NCBI GenBank assembly: GCA_023269085.1 | Contig: JAHFML010000002.1 | Span: 65,266-129,265, forward strand | Direction of reading: 5' to 3' | Source: a bacterium | GTDB taxonomy: Bacteria; Patescibacteriota; Minisyncoccia; Phycocordibacterales; Phycocordibacteraceae | DNA length: 64,000 nucleotides | In this document: positions 9,172-16,971 of the stretch, one piece after another | Layout: each line of letters starts with the position of its first letter | Position numbering within the stretch: position 1 is the stretch's first letter | Position numbers and translations under genes: made by a program | The notes under the pieces: generated by a model | What the model was told of the DNA's origin: nothing | Databases searched by the model: none | Seen by the model: only the letters and a program-made list of their open reading frames with translations

Positions 9172-9194
9172 TTTCCAAGGTCGAACCTTGGAAA
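9172..9194. repeat. REP-like palindrome, family A
   Basis: TTTCCAAGGT-CGA-ACCTTGGAAA, inverted relative to the 8472 copy; just upstream of the transposase -10 box. Confidence 0.9.
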
Positions 9195-9253
9195 ACTTGC
9201 GAGAGGTGTTGATTGCGCGCGACCGAAGGTCGCGCGCATGGTATTTTATACCC

Positions 9254-9790
9254 ATGAGCGTCTCATTCAGTATCCCGCACGAGAATGTCCTGCGGCTCGG
9301 TCTCCACGAGGGCATGAAGGTCGGCGACTTCGGCGCGGGCTCTGGGCATTATGCCCGCGCCGCGGCCGCCATCGTTGGCTCGAGCGGGAAGGTCTATGCG
9401 ATTGATGTGCAAGAGGACATTCTCAAACACCTGAAGCTCAACACGCACGAGCACCACCAACGCACAATCGAAACAGTCTGGGGCGATATCGAGAAGCCGG
9501 GCGGCACTAACCTCCGCCCAGTGCTCCTCGACGCGGCTATCCTCGCGAACACCTTTTTCCAAGTCGAGAATCGGTTTGGCCTCCTCGCGGAGCTGAAGCG
9601 CGTCCTAAAGCCGGGTGGCAAGCTCATGCTCATCGACTGGGCGGGGAGCTATGGCGGCATGGGCCCCGCGCCCGAGCAGGTCGTGAGCGAGCATGAAGCA
9701 GAAAGTTTTTTTATCAGCGGTGGCTTCTATAAGGCCAGCTCCTTCCGCGCCGGACCGCATCATTACGGCATTATCTTCACCGCGCCATAG
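9254..9790 (+). CDS. Class I SAM-dependent methyltransferase
   Basis: GDFGAGSG motif I, YAIDVQ, RVLKPGG. Confidence 0.85.
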   Translation: MSVSFSIPHENVLRLGLHEGMKVGDFGAGSGHYARAAAAIVGSSGKVYAIDVQEDILKHLKLNTHEHHQRTIETVWGDIEKPGGTNLRPVLLDAAILANTFFQVENRFGLLAELKRVLKPGGKLMLIDWAGSYGGMGPAPEQVVSEHEAESFFISGGFYKASSFRAGPHHYGIIFTAP

Positions 9791-9791
9791 T

Positions 9792-11099
9792 ATGAAAATC
9801 TCTCTCTTCCAAGGCATCTTGCTCGCGGTCTTCAGCTTCGCGGCGCTTATCGGTATCTTCGTCTTCGCGACGCACACGAGCAATTCTTCAAACACTTCTA
9901 CGGCTGTCGGCACTGTTGTCATCTGGGGCACGCTCCCGAAGGCAGGTCTGCAACAGGCGCTCACGATGCTCGCGCAGACAGACACCACGCTCAGCGGGAT
10001 CTCGTATGTGCAGAAGGATCAAAACGAATTCGCGACGGACCTTGCCGGGGCGATAGCGACTGGCGCCGCACCAGACTTAGTGCTCGCTTCGCAAGAAGAG
10101 TTGCAGTCGCTCACGAAACTTCTCACGCCGATACCTTCAGCGACGCTCTCGGCGGCAACCTTCACCTCGGCATTCATCGGCGAGAGCCGGCTCCTCCAGG
10201 TGCCCGACGGGTCAGGCTACTGGGGCCTCCCGTTCTTGGTTGATCCGCTCGTCCTCTTCTCGAACAGCTCAATCCTCGCGAGCAATGGCATCGCCGCACC
10301 TCCTGCGACATGGGAATCTCTCACGGGGCTCGTGCCAGTCGTAGCGAATCTCACGCCAACCAAGCAGATTACACGCGGTCTCATCGCGCTCGGCACCTAT
10401 GACAATGTCCGCGACGCGCGCGGCATCCTCTCGTCGCTCTTTATGCAAGTCGGTGTGCCGATCTCTACCTATCGCAATGGTGTCTTGGGAGTCGACTTGA
10501 GCGGGAGCCATTCGTCTGGCGTTGGCGCCGGACAGGCCGCGCTCGACTTCTATGCACAATTCGCCGATCCGTCGAAGCTCTCCTACACCTGGAACGCCTC
10601 GTTGCCCGATTCCCAGAAAGCATTTATCGCCGGCAATCTCGCGCTGTATCTCGGCTACGCTTCTGAAGCGCGTTTCCTGCGCGCCGCGAACCCGAACCTC
10701 GACTTCCGCGTGACTGCTCTGCCACAGCCCGCCACTGCCGCCGACAAGAGCACCTACGGGCTCCTCTACGCGCTCATGATCCCGCGCGGCGCGAAGAATG
10801 CATCGGGCGCCTTCGCCGCCGCGTCGCTCTTCACCAATAACGCCGGGCAAGCCGCCTTCGCGAATGCTACCGGCCTCGCGCCCGTCACGATCTCCAGACT
10901 CGCGACGACACCCGACGACCCTGTCGCGGCAGTCGCTGCCGCTGAGGCGTTGTACGCGAAGGGTTGGTTGTCCCCAGCGCCCGCCGATACGGACGCCATC
11001 TTTTCGAGTATGATTACCAGCGTGATCAGCGGCCGTCTCAACACTCTGACCGCGCTTACCACCGGGGCGAGCGCCCTCTCTATCCTCTTACAAAAATAA
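9792..11099 (+). CDS. Extracellular solute-binding protein (family 1-like)
   Basis: N-terminal TM anchor, VIWG, APDL, LPFLVDPLVLF.N, PPATWE. Confidence 0.75.
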   Translation: MKISLFQGILLAVFSFAALIGIFVFATHTSNSSNTSTAVGTVVIWGTLPKAGLQQALTMLAQTDTTLSGISYVQKDQNEFATDLAGAIATGAAPDLVLASQEELQSLTKLLTPIPSATLSAATFTSAFIGESRLLQVPDGSGYWGLPFLVDPLVLFSNSSILASNGIAAPPATWESLTGLVPVVANLTPTKQITRGLIALGTYDNVRDARGILSSLFMQVGVPISTYRNGVLGVDLSGSHSSGVGAGQAALDFYAQFADPSKLSYTWNASLPDSQKAFIAGNLALYLGYASEARFLRAANPNLDFRVTALPQPATAADKSTYGLLYALMIPRGAKNASGAFAAASLFTNNAGQAAFANATGLAPVTISRLATTPDDPVAAVAAAEALYAKGWLSPAPADTDAIFSSMITSVISGRLNTLTALTTGASALSILLQK

Positions 11100-11100
11100 T

Positions 11101-11526
11101 ATGCGTACTTTCATCATCGCTTCGCTCGCCGTTCTACTTTTAGAAGTTGCTATCCCTATGGGAGTCTTCGCCGCGACTGCGGGTGTAAATGATCCGACTT
11201 CTAGTGGTGGAAGTGGAAGTGCGGGAACAAATGTTGCCCCAACCAGCAACTCCGCCGTCCAGCTCGTGAATCCGCTCAAGGGCGGCGCAACGCTCTCATC
11301 GTTCTTGAGCGATATCTTAAAGTTCGTCATCCAGATCGGCACCATCGCTATCATCCTCATGCTCGTCTTCGTCGGGTATACGTTCGTCGCCGCACAGGGC
11401 GCTCCCGCGAAGATCGAAGAGGCGAAGAAGATGCTTCTCTGGACCATCATTGGCGCGCTCGTCCTTCTCGGCGCACAGGCTATCTCCGCGGCTATACAAG
11501 CAACGGTGGGCGCACTTGGCGGCTGA
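11101..11526 (+). CDS. VirB2/TrbC-like (CPR) pilin
   Basis: Signal peptide, NPL, two TM helices with GY.FV.AQG...I.EAK..L.W.IIG. Confidence 0.75.
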   Translation: MRTFIIASLAVLLLEVAIPMGVFAATAGVNDPTSSGGSGSAGTNVAPTSNSAVQLVNPLKGGATLSSFLSDILKFVIQIGTIAIILMLVFVGYTFVAAQGAPAKIEEAKKMLLWTIIGALVLLGAQAISAAIQATVGALGG

Positions 11527-11527
11527 T

Positions 11528-11797
11528 ATGACTTTCGCCCAATTCGTCGGAGATGGTTCGACCGGTGTTATAGGCATCTTCAATACGGTCGTCATCCCGC
11601 TCCTCTTCTCGCTCGTATTCCTCGTCTTCGTATGGGGCGTCGTGTCCTACTTCTTCATCCATGGCGACGAAGAGACGAAGCGCGGCGAAGGGCGCAAGTT
11701 CATGCTCTGGGGCGTTATCGGCGTCGCGGTGCTCCTCTCGACATGGGGCTTCGTCAATCTTATCCTGGCTACTCTCGGTCTCGCGCCTGGCGCGTAA
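11528..11797 (+). CDS. VirB2/TrbC-like (CPR) pilin
   Basis: IPLLF..F.WG..YF....E.KR.EGR.FMLWGVIG....WG.VN. Confidence 0.75.
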   Translation: MTFAQFVGDGSTGVIGIFNTVVIPLLFSLVFLVFVWGVVSYFFIHGDEETKRGEGRKFMLWGVIGVAVLLSTWGFVNLILATLGLAPGA

Positions 11798-11815
11798 TGC
11801 TATACTGAAAGTTAT

Positions 11816-12247
11816 ATGACACCTACTCTTCTCGCTCAAGCAACCAATGTCCCCGGACCGTATGTCCAGTCGGTTAATAGTCAAGTGAATTACGGCATTA
11901 GTAACGGCGTTGGGAGCTATGGAAGCGGTATCGGTTATATTCCAAATATAGGCTCCTACGGGAGCGGCATCACCGGTATCGCAGGGACTATCCTCTATCT
12001 CATCAACTCAGTGCTCGTACCGCTCATCTTCGCGGTCTCATTTATCGTATTCCTCTATGGCGTGGCGAGCACCTACATCTTCTCTCACGGCGAGCCGGCA
12101 GAGGTAGAGAAGGGGCATAAGGTTATCCTCTGGGGTCTCATCGGCTTCGTCGCGATGGTCTCGCTCTGGGGCTTGGTCAATGTCGTGGCGAATACCTTCG
12201 GCTTGAACGGCATGATCTCCCCCGGGCGTTTGCCGACATCTTATTAG
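11816..12247 (+). CDS. VirB2/TrbC-like (CPR) pilin
   Basis: Same two-TM motif; Gly/Ser/Tyr-rich N-terminus. Confidence 0.75.
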   Translation: MTPTLLAQATNVPGPYVQSVNSQVNYGISNGVGSYGSGIGYIPNIGSYGSGITGIAGTILYLINSVLVPLIFAVSFIVFLYGVASTYIFSHGEPAEVEKGHKVILWGLIGFVAMVSLWGLVNVVANTFGLNGMISPGRLPTSY

Positions 12248-12264
12248 CATAATCAATTCTCCCT

Positions 12265-12567
12265 ATGCCCGGCTCCGTCAATGTCTCACTCGTCCAAGGA
12301 TACTCGAACAGCATCCTCACGGTCATCAATCAGAGTCTCGTGCCGGTGCTCTTCGCCATCGCCTTCATCATGTTCCTCTGGGGCGTGTACAAATATTTCA
12401 TCATCGGCGCGACTGAAGATAAGAAGCGCGAAGAAGGGAGACATTTCGTCCTTTGGAGCATCATCGGCTTCGCGGTTATTCTCTCGGTATGGGGACTCGT
12501 CGCCGTCGTGACGAGCACATTCAACTTGCCTGCCGGCGCTACGCCTCCTAGTTACCCGAAGCTCTAA
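12265..12567 (+). CDS. VirB2/TrbC-like (CPR) pilin
   Basis: LVPVLFAIAFI.F.WG..KYF...KREEGR..LWSIIG..VWGLV. Confidence 0.75.
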   Translation: MPGSVNVSLVQGYSNSILTVINQSLVPVLFAIAFIMFLWGVYKYFIIGATEDKKREEGRHFVLWSIIGFAVILSVWGLVAVVTSTFNLPAGATPPSYPKL

Positions 12568-12655
12568 CTATCCACCTATCCACACCCCTTCGCGAAGTGC
12601 GTTGACCCGGTGCTATGAAAAGGTACAATAACCTCATTACTCGTTCATCTATCTT

Positions 12656-13036
12656 ATGAAAAAAGCTCTTGCCATCACATCCGTCTCGCTTGCCACTCTC
12701 GCTCTACCGATTGTCTCTTCTGCCGCCACAACGATCACCGACCTGAACGGTGTCGGTAACTTCATCATCAATACTATCAATGGTCTTATCGTTCCTGTCC
12801 TCTTCGCGATTGCCTTCATCGTCTTCGTCTATGGCGCCTTCGAGACCTTCATCATCGGCGCGAACAAGGAGGAGGTGAAGGATAAAGGGAAAAACCTCAT
12901 GCTCTGGGGCCTCATCGGCTTCTTCGTCATGGTCTCGGTCTGGGGCCTCGTGAACATCCTCACGAGCACGGTCAGCTTCGGCAACAACGGCGGTATCAGC
13001 AATCCGCCCAAGGCCGGCGTGAATATCGGCAACTAA
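12656..13036 (+). CDS. VirB2/TrbC-like (CPR) pilin with signal peptide
   Basis: MKK-type signal peptide plus the same pilin motif. Confidence 0.75.
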   Translation: MKKALAITSVSLATLALPIVSSAATTITDLNGVGNFIINTINGLIVPVLFAIAFIVFVYGAFETFIIGANKEEVKDKGKNLMLWGLIGFFVMVSVWGLVNILTSTVSFGNNGGISNPPKAGVNIGN

Positions 13037-13043
13037 CACAAGG

Positions 13044-13316
13044 ATGGCCGCTCTTAGCAAGTTCCTCGGCCTAGTCGTCGTGCAGATAATCAATCCGATT
13101 ATCCTCTTGCTCGCGGGCGCGGCGTTCGTCCTCTTCGTCTGGGGCGGCTTCCAATTCGTCCTCCATGCGGGCGACGACACGAAGCGGGCAGAGGGACGGC
13201 AAGCTATCCTCTGGGGCCTCGTCGGGCTCGTGATTATCTTCGGCGCCTATAGCATCATCAATCTCGCTCTGGGCGCGTTCAACATAGCGCCAATTCATAA
13301 GATATCGGGTTCATAA
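13044..13316 (+). CDS. VirB2/TrbC-like (CPR) pilin
   Basis: IINPII.LL...F.WGG..F....D..KR.EGR..ILWGLVGL. Confidence 0.75.
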   Translation: MAALSKFLGLVVVQIINPIILLLAGAAFVLFVWGGFQFVLHAGDDTKRAEGRQAILWGLVGLVIIFGAYSIINLALGAFNIAPIHKISGS

Positions 13317-13327
13317 AGCAAGAATAG

Positions 13328-13357
13328 AAAAAAGCCGCGACTTGCGTCGCGGCCTTT
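13328..13357. terminator. Bidirectional intrinsic terminator
   Basis: A-tract, GCCGCGAC-TTGC-GTCGCGGC, TTT; between convergent genes. Confidence 0.75.
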
Positions 13358-13370
13358 GTGCCGAATGATG

Positions 13371-14036
13371 CTACTCCGGTAAGATGCCTGTTGTCGGACA
13401 TGAGCTCATAAAGCGATAGCTCAATCTAGCAATGTCTTTTTTTGCTTTGAACTGCCAGAAAGTGCCACTGCCATTGGACCAGCGCTTGAACTCAACCCCC
13501 TCATCGGGGGTGAAGCACAGTTGTTTGCCGTAGGAGCTGGGTCCGGCCGTTGCGCCAGAGAGTGCGCGTGTCCATGTGGTGTTGATAAGACAATGTTTCG
13601 TCTCATCACCACGCGGATCAGCACAGGTCACGTCAGGGGCTGAACCGTTGACAACCAGAGTCGATACCGGTCCGGCTACCCAGATCGCGATCACGAGGAT
13701 CGCCACCCAGGAGAACGCGGTCTCTGTCTTGGCCTTCGCGAAGTGCACGAGGGCCCAGATGATGAGACCAGCCGAGACGATCACGACAGCCCAATTTTCC
13801 CGGGCCAACGTGCTCGTCTGAGTTACGGTCGGGTTGGTGCTGTAGAGCCACCAGAGGATTGCGACACCGGCGATGACACCAACCCATGTCCAGAACACCT
13901 TCTTCTTATCCGAAGGCCCCTGTATCTGGGTTGCCATACCGCCGACCGCGACGGCAATCTTCTTAGCGTGCTCCCAATACACGATGAGCAGAAGGCCGGC
14001 CATGACAAGCAATGCGCCGATTATTTTTCCGGTCAT
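13371..14036 (-). CDS. Hypothetical multi-TM membrane protein
   Basis: About 4 TM segments plus a Cys-containing C-terminal domain; coupled to the SPFH gene. Confidence 0.65.
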   Translation of the reverse strand: MTGKIIGALLVMAGLLLIVYWEHAKKIAVAVGGMATQIQGPSDKKKVFWTWVGVIAGVAILWWLYSTNPTVTQTSTLARENWAVVIVSAGLIIWALVHFAKAKTETAFSWVAILVIAIWVAGPVSTLVVNGSAPDVTCADPRGDETKHCLINTTWTRALSGATAGPSSYGKQLCFTPDEGVEFKRWSNGSGTFWQFKAKKDIARLSYRFMSSCPTTGILPE

Positions 14037-15124
14037 GATTTATCTCCTTTGGGTTGCAATACGGTTTGAGCGGCTTTCACCACCCCCATGAGGTCTGTCA
14101 TACCACCTCCAGCACCGACAACGACCGTGTTGGCGTTGATGAGCGATTTGGCAGTCTCAGAAGCGAGAACGGCCTCACCGCTAACGCCGAGAGCGTCGAG
14201 CATCTTCTTGCGTCCCTCGGCTTCAGCCATAAGCTTAGCCCGGGTTGCCGAAGCGACACCTTCGCCAGCCTTGATAGCCTTGGTCTTGTCTGCTTCGGCG
14301 GTGATCACCTCTTGTTCTGCGGTTGCCCGCGCGACAGGGATACCAGCAAGGGCATTACTGACCGCAAGAGAAACATCAGGAGAAATAAGACGAACCGACT
14401 CGATCGTGATGCCAAGATGGTTAAGACGATCTCGCATTTTCTTACGAAGAGCATCGTTAGTCTCGGGGAGTTTCTTGATGAAGCCTGCCGGAGTAGTGCC
14501 GGACGCAACCTCGGCGATAATAATCTCGCCGATGTCGCGGACCTGCTTCTCGACCTGCTTTTCGTCCCCGAAGTTCGCCACGAAGTTGAATATGTCGGTG
14601 ATGGCATATTGAACGACGAAGCTCACGATGAGGGTCATCTGTGCATCAAGAATGCCAGTCTCTCCCTTTGTAGGGTCGGGGTCGGGTGCGCGTGTTACGA
14701 CACGAATCGGCCGCACCATGTCCTTGTCGGTGAGCGGTTCGTTGTCGTGTCCGCGGAAGACCTTTTCAGGTTCGCCCGGGCACTGGAACTCCTGTACCAG
14801 TCGTGATTTCGATTTGATTTGCATCAGACCGAACGGCAGGAAGTGAGGACCAGAACCGAGCTTGCTGAGAGCTCTGCCATAACAATACGCACCAGCAATT
14901 GCATCTGCCGAAGCGGTCTTGAATGACAGGATGCTGTAGAAGAGCGCGAGCTCAAAGAAGGTCAAACCACCGTTGAACTCGATCTCGCCGAACTTGAGCG
15001 ACCGGTTTTGGGTAATCCACGCGAGGATAAGCAACGCGCCGATAATCGCAATCCCGGCAAACAACAACTTCTTGTACAACTCATGATCTCCCAACACAGG
15101 TGCTGGACCTTGGTTTTCAGCCAT
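14033..15124 (-). CDS. SPFH/Band-7 domain membrane protein
   Basis: N-terminal TMs, GPHF.PFG, LGITIESVRL, AE/AEG coiled-coil repeats; AGGAG SD. Confidence 0.7.
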   Translation of the reverse strand: MAENQGPAPVLGDHELYKKLLFAGIAIIGALLILAWITQNRSLKFGEIEFNGGLTFFELALFYSILSFKTASADAIAGAYCYGRALSKLGSGPHFLPFGLMQIKSKSRLVQEFQCPGEPEKVFRGHDNEPLTDKDMVRPIRVVTRAPDPDPTKGETGILDAQMTLIVSFVVQYAITDIFNFVANFGDEKQVEKQVRDIGEIIIAEVASGTTPAGFIKKLPETNDALRKKMRDRLNHLGITIESVRLISPDVSLAVSNALAGIPVARATAEQEVITAEADKTKAIKAGEGVASATRAKLMAEAEGRKKMLDALGVSGEAVLASETAKSLINANTVVVGAGGGMTDLMGVVKAAQTVLQPKGDKS

Positions 15125-15217
15125 GATGTTCTCCTAGAACAATTGAATTTCGGAGTAGCGGAAAGAGCTACTTTCTGATGTGGATAATACACGAAACGGA
15201 TATAAAGTCAAGTGCGG

Positions 15218-15299
15218 TGCTGGGGAGAGGACTTGAACCTCCATGGGTTGCCCCGCGAGCTCCTAAGGCTCGTGCGTCTACCAATTTCGCCACCCCAGC
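15218..15299 (-). tRNA. tRNA-Leu(TAG)
   Basis: GCTGGGG/CCCCAGC acceptor; CGAGC-CTTAGGA-GCTCG; long variable arm; GGTTCAAGT. Confidence 0.92.
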
Positions 15300-15363
15300 A
15301 GGTGTGCATCAAGGCACTTCCACAGAATACTATGTTCTGCTATATTTTGCTTACGCGCCAGAT

Positions 15364-15436
15364 GCGCCCATAGCTCAGTTGGTAGAGCAGCTCCCTCTTA
15401 AGGAGACGGTCCAAGGTTCGAATCCTTGTGGGCGCA
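15364..15436 (+). tRNA. tRNA-Lys(CTT)
   Basis: GCGCCCA/TGGGCGC; anticodon loop CTCTTAA; T-arm CAAGG-TTCGAAT-CCTTG. Confidence 0.92.
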
Positions 15437-15448
15437 CAAAAGTTTTAG

Positions 15449-15536
15449 TGCCGAGGGCGGGAATCGAACCCGCACGAGCCTATTAGAGCTCACGACATTT
15501 TAAGTGTCGAGTGTCTACCAATTTCACCACCTCGGC
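15449..15536 (-). tRNA. tRNA-Leu(TAA)
   Basis: GCCGAGG/CCTCGGC; CGACA-CTTAAAA-TGTCG; GCGGG-TTCGATT-CCCGC. Confidence 0.92.
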
Positions 15537-16011
15537 GCACACCCTTATTTCTACCACGATGTGTAGGCTTCAGGCTATGGCAATTTGGGCAGAGAATGCG
15601 AAGATTCTCGAGTCGGTTATCTGAATGATCCCCATTGATATGATCGATCTCTATGGGAACACGTCCATCCTCACTCTGTTCTGCCCAGCCACACTCCTCA
15701 CATTTTGGTTTTTTCAGACCAGCCTTGAATAGCCGCTTCTTTAGTTGATGAATTGAGAAGTGACTATTTGAAATGAGGATTTCTTCAAGCGTGAGAGAAG
15801 GTTTCTTCAGAACGTTCTTGCCCTTACTCCAGCCTTTCCCCAAGAAATGATTAGTGTCGATGCCGTATTCTTCGGCGTATTTTTCGAAGTAACGATAATT
15901 TCCTCCTGCACCGCGCAAATTCATTTTTCCCAGAGCCTCTCGCACACTTTGAGATGAAGCAATTGTCTTTCGCAAGGAGGCTTCTTCCCAGTGGTTCTTG
16001 ATGGCTCTCAT
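15490..16011 (-). CDS. HNH endonuclease (homing-type)
   Basis: CEECG...EIDHINGDHSDNRLENLRILCPNCHS; low GC; 3' end overlaps tRNA-Leu(TAA). Confidence 0.9.
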   Translation of the reverse strand: MRAIKNHWEEASLRKTIASSQSVREALGKMNLRGAGGNYRYFEKYAEEYGIDTNHFLGKGWSKGKNVLKKPSLTLEEILISNSHFSIHQLKKRLFKAGLKKPKCEECGWAEQSEDGRVPIEIDHINGDHSDNRLENLRILCPNCHSLKPTHRGRNKGVRRGGEIGRHSTLKMS

Positions 16012-16025
16012 GCACACAGTATACA

Positions 16026-16056
16026 CCCTGTGCGTCTACCATTCCGCCATCTCGGC
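16026..16056 (-). pseudogene. Orphan 5' half of a tRNA-Leu
   Basis: GCCGAGATGGCGGAATGGTAGACGC matches the 5' end of tRNA-Leu(CAA) at 27394 at 24/25 nt; no 3' half follows. Confidence 0.75.
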
Positions 16057-16058
16057 AA

Positions 16059-16418
16059 TCAGTCTGGAAGCGCGACACCTGTCGCGCGGGCGAGTGTCGC
16101 TATCTGTCGGTCGTGCCGGACTAAGTGCGCGCTACCCGCGCCGTTCTCCGTCCACAAGTCATGCATCCCGCCGACAATGCCGTCGAGCTTATTTTCCATC
16201 CGGCCGATGACCATCGCCATCGCGCCTATTTCTTCATGCACTTCGCCTAGCTCGACCTTTACATCGGCAATCGCTTCTTTGAGATCAACTTTTGTAGCGT
16301 ACTTCTTAAATTCCCTTTTTATGTAATCTTTTGTAGGGTACTTCTTCAATTCGTTCCTCAAGTCATCCTTCGTCGCAAAGGTGTCTTTGAGCTTTTCGAT
16401 ATCCGCATTGGTAATCAT
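16059..16418 (-). CDS. Hypothetical coiled-coil protein with (F/Y)xTKxD repeats
   Basis: FATKDDL, YPTKDYI, YATKVDL. Confidence 0.65.
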   Translation of the reverse strand: MITNADIEKLKDTFATKDDLRNELKKYPTKDYIKREFKKYATKVDLKEAIADVKVELGEVHEEIGAMAMVIGRMENKLDGIVGGMHDLWTENGAGSAHLVRHDRQIATLARATGVALPD

Positions 16419-16445
16419 GGTGATGGTATATTACCATGGAGCGAT

Positions 16446-16517
16446 GGCCAGGTGGTGAAGTGGTAACACAGCGGTCTGCAAAACCGCGATGCGCGGGTTC
16501 GATTCCCGCCCTGGCCT
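16446..16517 (+). tRNA. tRNA-Cys(GCA)
   Basis: GGCCAGG/CCTGGCC; GCGGT-CTGCAAA-ACCGC; GCGGG-TTCGATT-CCCGC. Confidence 0.92.
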
Positions 16518-16659
16518 CAAGAGCAATGCGCTAGCATTACTCGGCGGGAATCGAATGCCGGAGCGATGTTCAGTCAGCAGACTGAACCGCGAGGCGGGGT
16601 CGCGACCGAGCCGAGTGACGACGAGGCGAGAGTTGTGACCGATTCCCGCCCTGGCCTCA
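16500..16659 (+). mobile_element. Miniature non-coding element bounded by a 20-bp direct repeat of the tRNA-Cys 3' end
   Basis: CGATTCCCGCCCTGGCCTCA at 16500-16519 and 16640-16659; internal inverted T-arm copy at 16543-16555; hairpin at 16568-16587. Confidence 0.65.
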
Positions 16660-16971
16660 CTATTCAGGCGCGCCGGTGTGCTCGCGGTTGTCGAGAAGGA
16701 AGTTGATGCGCGGAAGCGGGTGAAGCCGCGCGTGCGCCTTCAGGTGGTCAGAGAACGCTTCGCGCTGACGGTTGAGGAATGAGAGCGCCGAGTGCGCCAT
16801 CTCTTCGGGGAAGATGCTGACGAAGACGCGCACCTGTGCGCCGTGCTCTGCCGCCTCGGCGCGGACGACGGTAATGAGCGAGCCTGGGCCTGCCTCGCGC
16901 GCGATGAATTGCGCCGCCTCTTGAGCGATGACGCCGAGCACGCGGCCGGTACGTTCGCGCTTCGTTATCAT
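16660..16971 (-). CDS. rbfA: Ribosome-binding factor A
   Basis: Follows infB; LITVVR..., VFVSIFP, PRINFLLD. Confidence 0.8.
   Translation of the reverse strand: MITKRERTGRVLGVIAQEAAQFIAREAGPGSLITVVRAEAAEHGAQVRVFVSIFPEEMAHSALSFLNRQREAFSDHLKAHARLHPLPRINFLLDNREHTGAPE

Noticed and set aside
1650-9194. Palindromic repeats as a CRISPR array
   Set aside because: They are dispersed, irregularly spaced and in mixed orientation, with no spacer periodicity and no cas genes.
15449-16056. Group I intron with HNH inside tRNA-Leu
   Set aside because: The downstream tRNA is already complete, the upstream half does not pair with its anticodon stem, and there is no room for a ribozyme core outside the ORF.
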